From a virus, in IMG/VR virus record IMGVR_UViG_3300044655_002046: a stretch of DNA of 64,000 nt. The stretch is one strand, 5' to 3'. The position numbers were made by a program, and so were the translations under genes. This document shows positions 35,210-44,500 of the stretch, one piece after another. Position 1 is the stretch's first letter. Each line of letters begins with the position of its first letter. The notes under the pieces are model-generated. The model was not told where the DNA came from and ran no database searches. It saw nothing but the letters and a program-made list of their open reading frames with translations.

Positions 35210-36010
35210 ATGTTTACTATTAATTACTGCTATCTAGCAGAAGCGCAGGAGTACTATAAACAGAAGGGCTATAGAGTAGTCGATCTAAAATGGGTCGTGC
35301 CCCGCAGGATTGGCTCTATAACCTCACCAGAGCCTAATAGTCAGGCCTCTTATAACTGTTACGACACTCTTGTGCTGGTAGGTAGCGCAGAACAGGCCTT
35401 TATCAATAAAGCAATAGATGGACATTATCAGGCAGGCGACGCACTGCAAGCTATTACGCCGTGCTTTCGTCCACTAGATAATGATGATTATAGCTATCCT
35501 TACTTCATGAAGCTAGAGTTATTTGTGTATAAGGGTATGCCTGGTATGACTAAAGATACTATTTGTACTGATGCATATCAGTGGATGCTACATTACATTA
35601 ATCCACATAATCTCAATATCGTGCATTGTGACAATGAGGCAGATATAATCTATACCCCATTGAATCTAGAGCTGGGTTCTTATGGTAAGCGCTCTTATGA
35701 AGACCACTGGTGGTATTACGGCACCGGTATAGCTGAGCCCCGCTTCAGTACAGCAGTTAATGACTCCTTCCAGCCGGGCTATCACTCTAGTCCTATCCCT
35801 AAATATTTTCCTAATACGCTGGATAAGATATACGAGGAGTTGCTCGAGTGTCGCGAGGCCACTAATTCATTATTGAGGCAGTGCAAGTTAGCTGATATAC
35901 TACTCGCTGTTGAGCAATATGCTGTATCTCAATATGGTGAGGCAGGATGGGATGCTATTAGGGATATGGCTAAGTTAACACAACGCGCCTTCGCCGCAGA
36001 TAAACGATAG
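35210..36010 (+). CDS. Class II aminoacyl-tRNA synthetase-like catalytic domain fused to a MazG-like helical domain
   Basis: LVGSAEQAF, TPCFR (motif 2), FMKLELF, LELGSYG, YGTGIAEPRF (motif 3); C-terminal KIYEELLEC..LADILLA. Confidence 0.7.
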   Translation: MFTINYCYLAEAQEYYKQKGYRVVDLKWVVPRRIGSITSPEPNSQASYNCYDTLVLVGSAEQAFINKAIDGHYQAGDALQAITPCFRPLDNDDYSYPYFMKLELFVYKGMPGMTKDTICTDAYQWMLHYINPHNLNIVHCDNEADIIYTPLNLELGSYGKRSYEDHWWYYGTGIAEPRFSTAVNDSFQPGYHSSPIPKYFPNTLDKIYEELLECREATNSLLRQCKLADILLAVEQYAVSQYGEAGWDAIRDMAKLTQRAFAADKR

Positions 36011-36063
36011 CGCTCCCCGTTCCACTAGAGTCAAATTACTATTAATAATCCTGAGAGGTTAAG

Positions 36064-36144
36064 ATGGATAATGCACCGTTAGTTATAGGGCTGGCTCTCG
36101 CTCTTATTACAATAATTGGCTTATTGTTTAATGACTTAACTTGA
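36064..36144 (+). CDS. Hydrophobic micro-protein A (26 aa)
   Basis: GAGG RBS; MDNAPLVIGLALALITIIGLLFNDLT. Confidence 0.45.
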   Translation: MDNAPLVIGLALALITIIGLLFNDLT

Positions 36145-36309
36145 TAGCCCTCACTGTCGTGCCGCTGTTGTCTAGGGTAGCCGTAGTCAATGTTTAGACC
36201 AATAAAGCTGCTAGAGAATAATGCAATAGCGGCACATATGCAATGGCTATGACTATACTCGCTCTTTCTTTTATCGTCAAATTACTATTTACAATCGTCA
36301 GAGGTTACA

Positions 36310-36426
36310 ATGGATAATGCAGCATGTGATTATTATGCACCGTTAGTTATATGGGATTATTGTGTATGGTTAGGTATGTGGCTGGCTCTCTTTCTTATTA
36401 CATGGCTGTTGTCAAGGGTAGTCTAG
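36310..36426 (+). CDS. Hydrophobic micro-protein B (38 aa), paralog of A
   Basis: GAGG RBS; MDNAACDYYAPLVIWDYCVWLGMWLALFLITWLLSRVV. Confidence 0.45.
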   Translation: MDNAACDYYAPLVIWDYCVWLGMWLALFLITWLLSRVV

Positions 36427-36471
36427 TGATAACCCGTCGTAAGTAGATCTACAATTTCTTAAGAGGTTTCT

Positions 36472-36969
36472 ATGCTTAGCATTCAAGTTCGTCAGGGTGT
36501 ATTTGAAACTAATAGTTCGAGCACCCATAGTATATCTATTCCGCGTCAGACCAGCCTTACTATCCCTGAATCAATACACTTCGAGATTGGCCAATTTGGT
36601 TCTGAAAATAGTATCCTGAGTTCCATAGCAGCCAAGGCCAGTTATTTATACACTGGCTTCGCTGCTAACGATAGGATGAAGGATGCTTATGACATGATAT
36701 TCCATCTGTTATCAGAGGGTATTGCTGTAACTACCGAGGATGTAGTATATGACGAATATCGCACTATGCTTAATGATGGCTACATGGATCACGCCAACGA
36801 GTTGAACGGCTTCCTCGATGCTATTGTAGCTAATAAGGATATGATGATGCGTTATCTATTCTCGCCCTATAGCTTTATCCTAACCGGTAGTGATAATGAC
36901 TACAGTTATCTGATTGATAATAAGAAAGTGATGAAGTATGCTAGTGACTTCTTTTACAAGGGCAATTAG
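36472..36969 (+). CDS. FETNSSS-motif protein (partner of radical SAM gene)
   Basis: QVRQGVFETNSSSTHSISI, GYMDH. Confidence 0.75.
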   Translation: MLSIQVRQGVFETNSSSTHSISIPRQTSLTIPESIHFEIGQFGSENSILSSIAAKASYLYTGFAANDRMKDAYDMIFHLLSEGIAVTTEDVVYDEYRTMLNDGYMDHANELNGFLDAIVANKDMMMRYLFSPYSFILTGSDNDYSYLIDNKKVMKYASDFFYKGN

Positions 36970-37906
36970 ATATCACTACCCCCGTCTTATGAATAAGTTT
37001 AATGAATTGACAACCTTAGCGCATTATATTAACGGTGACTATGAGTGTACTCTATATGCTGATGGTACCCTGGTCCGTACTACAAGTGTGGTTGGGGCCC
37101 GCCCTGCCTATCCCTGCTCTATAGATATTAAGATCACTGACTACTGTGATATGGGATGTAAGTATTGTCATGAGAGTTCTACTCGTAATGGTGAGCACGC
37201 TGATCTAACACAGTTACTGAATGTCCTTAGTGATATACCTGCTGGGGTCGAGTTAGCAAACGGAGGGGGTAATCCATTATCTCATCCTGATATAATGGAT
37301 TACCTAATAGAACTTAAGGCCCGCGGGCTTATAGCTAACATTACTGTTAATCAGGGTCACCTGCATCGCTATGCTGCTCTAATAGAGGATATCGTAAGTC
37401 AGGAGTTAGTGCGGGGCCTCGGCATCTCAATCACTAATAGTAACTATAGTAGTCTGATACCAGTACTGCATCTCTCAGATAACATCGTGTATCACCTCAT
37501 CGCCGGTATTCATTCCGTTAGTATAATCGATGAGTTGGTTAGCCTCAGTACTGCAGCCAGTAAGGTACTCGTCCTAGGCTATAAGAACTTCGGCTTCGGT
37601 ATAGACTACCATAGCCCTGAGGTAGATGCAGGCATAGCGCAGTGGCGGCGCCTCTTACCATTTCTTATAGGTAAGTGTAATCTCTCCTTCGATAATCTGG
37701 CTATCGAGCAACTAGAGCTCAGACGTTTATTCACTGATGAGGGGTGGGCCCGCTTCTATATGGGCGATGACTTCCAGTTTACTATGTATATTGATGCGGT
37801 TAAGCAGCAGTATGCTCCTACTAGTCGTAGTTATAACCGTACGTCATTCGACTCTACTTCACTAATCGATTACTTCCAGGCAGGCTTCCCATGCACATCA
37901 AGCTAG
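36938..37906 (+). CDS. Radical SAM protein
   Basis: DIKITDYCDMGCKYCHESS (CxxxCxxC), GGGNPL; start may be the internal ATG (MNKF). Confidence 0.9.
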   Translation: MLVTSFTRAIRYHYPRLMNKFNELTTLAHYINGDYECTLYADGTLVRTTSVVGARPAYPCSIDIKITDYCDMGCKYCHESSTRNGEHADLTQLLNVLSDIPAGVELANGGGNPLSHPDIMDYLIELKARGLIANITVNQGHLHRYAALIEDIVSQELVRGLGISITNSNYSSLIPVLHLSDNIVYHLIAGIHSVSIIDELVSLSTAASKVLVLGYKNFGFGIDYHSPEVDAGIAQWRRLLPFLIGKCNLSFDNLAIEQLELRRLFTDEGWARFYMGDDFQFTMYIDAVKQQYAPTSRSYNRTSFDSTSLIDYFQAGFPCTSS

Positions 37907-38088
37907 GCGATGAGATTAATAATAGGATAGTTACTAATATAACATATCAATCAATGTATCCTAGGTCAGCGGGTTATAGTTACAATACGAAGGGTAACTG
38001 CTACGCTGGTCATAATAACAGAGTGGTTGTCACGTTAGATGATAATACTGAACTAACCTGGAATCCCCAGTTGTTCCAATTCGATTAG
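37891..38088 (+). CDS. Hypothetical protein
   Basis: 65 aa overlapping the upstream gene. Confidence 0.5.
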   Translation: MHIKLGDEINNRIVTNITYQSMYPRSAGYSYNTKGNCYAGHNNRVVVTLDDNTELTWNPQLFQFD

Positions 38089-38136
38089 TTATTCTCAGTG
38101 TAGCAGGCGTTATGTGCTATAATGATAATATACTAA

Positions 38137-38682
38137 TTGGTGATTATCTTGGATAAATTTATATGTGGGATAGACCCAGGTTTAACTGGGGGGCTTTGTA
38201 TACTACAAAAGGGTAATATCCATAATGTAGTTGATGCTAGAATCATGCCAATCTCTGATAAGGATATAAACATGGGGGTAATTAAAAATTACCTGTCTTA
38301 TTATAAACCTTATCTTACTATTATTGAACGCCAGATAGTAGTCCGGCCCAAGATGGTTGAGGGAAAGGAGCAGCGCCAGGGTCTGGGTTCTGCTGCTAAG
38401 ACTATGCTTAACTATGGGAAACTAATTGGCCTATTGATTGGTATAGGTCTGAATTATGTAGTAGTAGATTCCCGTGAGTGGCAATCGCACTATGCCGATA
38501 TGACCCCGCCTATTAAATGGACCTATAATAAACCTACTAAGACGCGCAGTGTATCTATTGCTGTGAGCCTCTATCCTACTGTTAATTTATTCAGGACTCC
38601 TCTCTGCCACAAGCCCCATGATGGTATGGCTGAGGCAGTATTATTAGCTCATTATGGCGCAGAGGTTATCGATGACCTCTAA
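38137..38682 (+). CDS. RuvC-like Holliday junction resolvase
   Basis: CGIDPGLTGG, IIERQ, HDGMAEAVLLA. Confidence 0.85.
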   Translation: MVIILDKFICGIDPGLTGGLCILQKGNIHNVVDARIMPISDKDINMGVIKNYLSYYKPYLTIIERQIVVRPKMVEGKEQRQGLGSAAKTMLNYGKLIGLLIGIGLNYVVVDSREWQSHYADMTPPIKWTYNKPTKTRSVSIAVSLYPTVNLFRTPLCHKPHDGMAEAVLLAHYGAEVIDDL

Positions 38683-39796
38683 TATTATTACTAGTCGATC
38701 TGTAGCAGAACGCCCGCCCTATTACTCTGTTAGTGCACTGCGTGTATATCGTCGCTGTGGGATGGAGTTCTATCATAAGTATGTTGATCTTAATAGGAAG
38801 GGAGGGGCTACGCGCTCTACTCTACTCGGTAATCTGGTGCATGAGGCCCTCGAGTTATACTATGATCCTGGAGTAGAACACGACTTTAATCTAGAGCGGT
38901 GCCTCGAGGAGACCTACATGAGCACGCTTATGGCCGCCGGTGTCATTGTATCTAATACGCCTGCGTCGGATCAGGCTACTATCTCTAGTTACCTGATGGG
39001 CCTAGTAGATGGTTATGTGGCATTGCATAACAGAGCCCGTGCTGATTATAAGGGTGCCGATGCCATACGCACTGCTGCCGGTAAGGTGAGTAGTGCTTAT
39101 CAGTCTACTACTGCATGGAAGCAGGCAGAGGAGCCCCTCCTCGCTCTACGTCATGCAGCTAATGAATATATGCTTATGCTTAATCCTGAATTGGATACTG
39201 AGCTTGATGTTATTGGCGCACTGACTGACGCGTTTAACTTATGTCGGGCCTTTATTCCTCCTAAAGAGTTTAAGCGCACCATCTATGTTGAGTTACCCAT
39301 CAGTGAGTATAATGACGGCACTATAATCAATGAGGTGCCCATGCCATCTGATTGCGGCGGTGATGCCGGTATCAATCTCCTGGGCTTCATTGACTGGGTG
39401 GGAATTACTTCTCATGGTCTAACTATAGTTGATTATAAGACCAGTAAGTCTGCTTATACTACAGATAAGCTGGCGTATAATCCTCAGCTCTGTGCCTATG
39501 CCTATGCCTACGAGAAATTGACGGGCACTAGCGTTGATGCTATGGGTATCTATAACGTCAGGGAGGGTAGTCTGGTACTAGCGCCTATTGACCGCGGCAT
39601 TATGAATCGAGTATTAACCTCATTCTTTGGCACGCACAAGTTAATCACGGCGGGCTTCTATCCTCGCCACTACCCTGAGGATAACTATAGCCCCTGTCTC
39701 GATTCCTTTGGTAAGCCTTGTCCCTATCTCCATGATTGCTACCCTGAGCTCGCAGAGGAACAGGGTCTACTCGATCTCTATAGATTATTGAATTGA
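38654..39796 (+). CDS. PD-(D/E)XK (RecB/Cas4-like) exonuclease
   Basis: SVSAL..YRRC, GNLVHEALE, GFIDWV, IVDYKT, QLCAY, C-terminal cysteines. Confidence 0.85.
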   Translation: MAQRLSMTSNIITSRSVAERPPYYSVSALRVYRRCGMEFYHKYVDLNRKGGATRSTLLGNLVHEALELYYDPGVEHDFNLERCLEETYMSTLMAAGVIVSNTPASDQATISSYLMGLVDGYVALHNRARADYKGADAIRTAAGKVSSAYQSTTAWKQAEEPLLALRHAANEYMLMLNPELDTELDVIGALTDAFNLCRAFIPPKEFKRTIYVELPISEYNDGTIINEVPMPSDCGGDAGINLLGFIDWVGITSHGLTIVDYKTSKSAYTTDKLAYNPQLCAYAYAYEKLTGTSVDAMGIYNVREGSLVLAPIDRGIMNRVLTSFFGTHKLITAGFYPRHYPEDNYSPCLDSFGKPCPYLHDCYPELAEEQGLLDLYRLLN

Positions 39797-39822
39797 CATA
39801 CTGGTATTTAGTACGATAAGAT
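39793..39822 (+). promoter_or_regulatory. sigma70-type promoter
   Basis: TTGACA-18 nt-TAAGAT upstream of 39846. Confidence 0.6.
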
Positions 39823-39845
39823 TAATGGGTATATAGAGGATATGT

Positions 39846-40292
39846 ATGCCCAAACCTAACCCCTGGCTTGATGAAGTAAAGTATTACCTGCGTAAGAAGT
39901 TCTATCAGCAGATTGATTTCGAGTCTGCTTGTTACAATCAAACATTCTCATATGAAGCAGTGCGTAAGTGCATGTACTTAATAATGAGAACTAGCCCGGA
40001 TATATACAGACATGCTGCCTGGCTCTGGGCTACGCAGCGCAGTCGCAATGACATCGCGGGCGGTCTTAATGTAGATAGTAGTACTATTAAGCGTAAGTTT
40101 GATGCCTTTGCTATCCAATTACTTAATTATCTGATTCATCCTGATATCATGCCTGTATTAGGCCCCATCGATATTCGTACGCAGATGGAGGAGGAGGATA
40201 AGCACATCAGGATCCCTGAGATCATCGATGGTAATGTGTATACGGCTGCTGATTATTTAAATAGCGTGGTAAATGATGGCAGACTACACTAA
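39846..40292 (+). CDS. Hypothetical protein (possible HTH)
   Basis: GAGGA RBS; SRNDIAGGLNVDSSTIKR resembles an HTH. Confidence 0.65.
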   Translation: MPKPNPWLDEVKYYLRKKFYQQIDFESACYNQTFSYEAVRKCMYLIMRTSPDIYRHAAWLWATQRSRNDIAGGLNVDSSTIKRKFDAFAIQLLNYLIHPDIMPVLGPIDIRTQMEEEDKHIRIPEIIDGNVYTAADYLNSVVNDGRLH

Positions 40293-40983
40293 TATACTGC
40301 AGGAGCTGCGGGACTGGAAGGATGACTTTGGTAGTCTACTCGATAATAAGCAGCTTATAGGGACTATTGAATGGCAGCCCCTCTGGGAACGGCTAGTAGC
40401 TCTAGAGAGATTATTCAATGACCCTATAATATCTGAACCACTGGATAACTATAAGGTGGCTCTGCGCCATCCTATTGATGCCTGTGGGATGACAGAATTT
40501 GTTGTACAGTTAGTAGAGAAGGGCTCCAGTGAGAATGATATATCCCGCGCCTTATCTATGCAGGGTGTTGATCTTACAGCGCGCCAGGTAGGTGAATGGA
40601 TAACGTCCTATAAAGGCGCGCCCATAATGGATAGAGTAGAGTATCCCTATGGCTCTGTGTTTGATACTCAGGCGCAGCTACAGAGTATATTTAATGATCT
40701 TAAGGCGGGTATTATCGCTCTCAAGTCGGCCGATGATGAACCATTTATTAAGGCTAGGAGAGTCAAGGAGGAAGTATGGATTCAGTTTATGCAGGAACAG
40801 CGCCAACTACTAAAAGATGCGCGTGCTCTGATGGAGACTGTCAAGCAATTCGAGGCCATAGACCGATTCAAGCAAATTGTAATAGAGGAGGTGAACAAGG
40901 AGAATCCAGTTATAGCGAGTCGCATCTACCGACGTATACAATTGGCCAAGACACTCCTCAATACGCTGGAACCTTCCGCATAG
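40273..40983 (+). CDS. Hypothetical coiled-coil protein
   Basis: 236 aa overlapping the upstream gene. Confidence 0.7.
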   Translation: MMADYTNILQELRDWKDDFGSLLDNKQLIGTIEWQPLWERLVALERLFNDPIISEPLDNYKVALRHPIDACGMTEFVVQLVEKGSSENDISRALSMQGVDLTARQVGEWITSYKGAPIMDRVEYPYGSVFDTQAQLQSIFNDLKAGIIALKSADDEPFIKARRVKEEVWIQFMQEQRQLLKDARALMETVKQFEAIDRFKQIVIEEVNKENPVIASRIYRRIQLAKTLLNTLEPSA

Positions 40984-41199
40984 CGACATCACAGTATAGC
41001 GCGCATATACTAGATGAATACTTTCTTTATAATAGCCTCAATGTATTCATCGGTACATTTATATTTGGCCTAGGTGGTAGTATTAATTATGATAGATGTG
41101 GTTATACCTTCTATCAGGACATTCGAATAGGCTTTATCTATTGCGCTATTATCTGGTCTAGTCAACGCCCATTTCATCTGAAAGTCAGAGGTAAGCTCA

Positions 41200-41394
41200 T
41201 TGAAAACAAACTATCACGGCAGAAAGTATCTCAGATGGAACAATAGAGTGCTTGAGGTAGACGATGGCGATGGTGCGTGGAAGCACTATAAACATAGCCT
41301 ATTCGCTACTGCTGATATACCTAATGGTAGTGATGGATTCGCTACTGCTCAGGTGTGCCTCAAGAATGGTTATACCTATCGCTTCCCGTCTTGA
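41200..41394 (+). CDS. Hypothetical protein
   Basis: GAGG RBS, TTG start, 64 aa. Confidence 0.5.
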   Translation: MKTNYHGRKYLRWNNRVLEVDDGDGAWKHYKHSLFATADIPNGSDGFATAQVCLKNGYTYRFPS

Positions 41395-41434
41395 TTATCT
41401 GTTGAGAGGGCTAATCCCAATAATGCAAAGCTAG

Positions 41435-41470
41435 AAAAGAGCCAGTACCCTTGCGGGTGCTGGCTTTTTG
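41435..41470. terminator. Bidirectional terminator between convergent arms
   Basis: AAAAG-AGCCAGTACCC-ttgc-GGGTGCTGGCT-TTTT at the strand switch. Confidence 0.8.
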
Positions 41471-41551
41471 ATCATCCATGTCCTTCTCATCTTAGCTTAT
41501 TAGGGTAGATTGAGTCAAGCTAATAATGTTGGGGATTCTTGACACGAGGGC

Positions 41552-44500
41552 TTAGCCCATGCGCAGCATTACCTCTCTATCAAGTCTACCATCTAGCCTA
41601 TTGACCCAGAGACTATTATCGTCACTGGGTCTTGTTGTGACTGTTACTGTATTGCCGTTCTGCTCGGCGCTGGTCTCCTGAGATATTAGTGCTATATGGC
41701 CCCGGCGTGCCGCCTCCTCTGTTATCTCCTTCAACTCGGGGCTGAAGTTACCATTATTGCTTATGATGGCTCGAGACTGAGTGGCTGGTGCAGGCCCGCC
41801 TACTGTCTTACTAACGGCTAGGGCTAGCCGGGCCACCTCTGTATTATAGGGGGTAGCTGACTGGGCTAGTCTATTCATAGTATCTGACACAGTAGCGCGA
41901 ATAGCCGCTATGTTGTTCTTATACTGGCCTAGCAACTGTTGCTTAGCGTATACTTTTATGGAGCCCCAGTCACTACTGGCCCGCGCTGACTTGACCCAGC
42001 TGGTCTGCCCGAATATCTCTACGTTGAATAGGCGGGCCCGTCGTGCTATCTCCCTTTCTGTGAATGGATCTAGTAGTTGTATGTTACTATCTCCTCCAGC
42101 AGGTGTTGGTAGTAGCATAGCTGCCGTTCTACTACCTGAGGAGTCCTTGCTAGCGTCAGCCCATCTATCCGCGTTGTATTGGAAGGCCCGCCCTGGCATA
42201 GCTAGTGTCATGCCGCCTGGCCCCTGCTTATAGCGCGCTAGTAGATAATCTGTTGGCGTGACAAATATATTCAGCCCTGTTATCTTACCCATACCCTCTA
42301 CTGCAGCGCTACTACCGCGGGCCAGCGTCTCGTGTATACCTGGGGCGGAAGTTATAACTGCCCCTCCTAGGAGGCCTACTGCACCTGATTTAGCTATTAG
42401 ACCCCAGCCCGCGCCCTTGAACCAGCTTGCGGCCGCCCCAACTAGAGACATCGCACCTAGAGCCATACCTATGGCTGATGTGATGACGCCCTTGACTTGA
42501 TTGTTACCGAATGATAGAAGACTGGGTATCTTATCTCCTATTATGTCGCCTATACCTCTATCTACACCAGCCCAGAACCTCTCACTAGCCTCACTGAAGT
42601 CCTGCCAGGCATCGCCCTTAGTGACTGCCTCTAGGTGCTTATAGCCCCATGCAAATAGTCCTGTTGCTATACCTACGCCTATTGCTACCGCTCCTATTGC
42701 TGCTACTACGGGGGCAGCTACGGGGGCGGCTGCGACTGCCGCACCTAGAGCTCCTATCGCCTTAGCAGCTATTAGACCTGTGACTATACCAGTTATAGAG
42801 TTACGCACTGTCATACCAGCGTGCTCCTCGAGTAATTGTCTCTCTGCCTCAGTGTATAACTCATCCCGTTGAGATCGGCCGAGTCTCACGAATGCGCTAC
42901 CTATATCTAGACTCTCTATGCCCCCCCAGGCTGTCATAATGCCGCCGCCTAATGCCTGAAGCGATGCCCGTGCGCTGAGCCGCGCCTTAAAAAATGGGTA
43001 GACTTTTATCTCTGAGGGGTCAGCTATAGGAGCCTTACCGCTATCCCAGTGGAATATACGTTTCCATTGAGGGGCCTTCTTCCGCTCTATATCTATAATG
43101 CCGCCCTGCTTATTGGCCCAGTCCTCTACTCTCTGATTGCGACTACGCAATACTTCTATATCAGTAGTGGCCCCAGCCATTATCAATGCCTTCTCCTTGA
43201 TGTCCTTGAATAGGAAGCCTAGTTCATTTAGTACGCTAGCGCTTATGATACGTATCTGTTCGTCTGATGTCAGACCACGGAAGCGCGATGATATCATAAA
43301 GGCATCGCCAGGGCTGGGGTTAAGGGATATCTTACGTATAACCTCGCGCTCTATCGTCTCCTTGATGACCTCGCGTATACGACGTCTTAGGAATGAGTCA
43401 GCATCTCCATACTGTATCTTGAATGTCTCCTCGCTTAATCCTAATAGTGAGTAGGCCTTCTGTGAGAAGGGGGCGGGCCCGTTATTAATTGATATATCGC
43501 TATCTAGTAGGTTTAGTATCTTAGTCAGGAAGCTATCGGGCCCGCGGCTTATAGTGTCATCTAGACTATCTACTAATTTACGTACTAGATCGTCCCTATC
43601 AGTTATACTGCGTACAGTACTCTCGTTTATAATAGGGGCATCGTATACGTGCGCCATTAGAGTATCCATCCCGTCATTTGCAGTCATACTCATGAAGCTA
43701 TTGAGGAAATGACCTATTCTCTTCCCTACCTCTCCGCCCATGCCGTCAGGTGGACTAGCGTGTAGCGTATAGGTGAAGCGGCCCCGCTTCACCTCATACT
43801 TCATGCGGTTCTCTCCTAGGGGGCTCTTAGCCTGAGGTGCCGTTATAATAAAATACTCTGCCCTCTCACCGGCCCATAGAACACGCAGCTCAGTCATAAC
43901 GTTATCAATAGCTCGTGCTTGCTTACCTCCCTCTAGTACGCCAAATAAACTCATCATCGCGCCTATCGCGCCTGCAATCATAGTGGCTGCAACACCCCCA
44001 GCTAGACTCGTCATAATGGGTGTGTTGATTAGTGGTATCTTACCCCAGAAGTTAACTAAGAAGGATCCCATCATCCCCAGGATATTGCCCTCCTCTGTCC
44101 TCATTGATCTAGGCGCGCCCATCTCCAGCCAGTCTCCATCTGCAGCGTATATATCTACCTGTCTACCTCCTGTACGTCGTTCCGACGAGTACTTAATGAA
44201 GTTCTCGTATTGCACGAAGTTGAGAGGGTTAGCTACTCTGGATACCAGGCCAGGGAATGCAGTCTCTGCTAGTAATCGCATGTCCCCCTTACTCAGCGAT
44301 GCGATTAGCGTGTCTAGATATGACTTGGGTTTCTTACTATCCCGGGGATTCATATTATCAGGATTACCTAGATTAGTCATCTCAGATACTAGTGACTCTG
44401 GCCGCTGATATGCGAAGTTGCGTATTACTTGCAGACGACTACTCAGTGCTATGTTCATCAATGGATCCGCTCTATAGAGGGCCAGGCTGGCTCTATTGAA

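Noticed and set aside
36938-37906. Radical SAM as a maturase for array peptides (RiPP)
   Set aside because: It lies 4.5 kb away beyond primase, has its own usual partner gene, shows no SPASM cysteines or RRE, and there is no protease or transporter.
40776-41246. 156-aa ORF overlapping 40273-40983
   Set aside because: Half overlaps a better gene in another frame; the remainder has no motif support.
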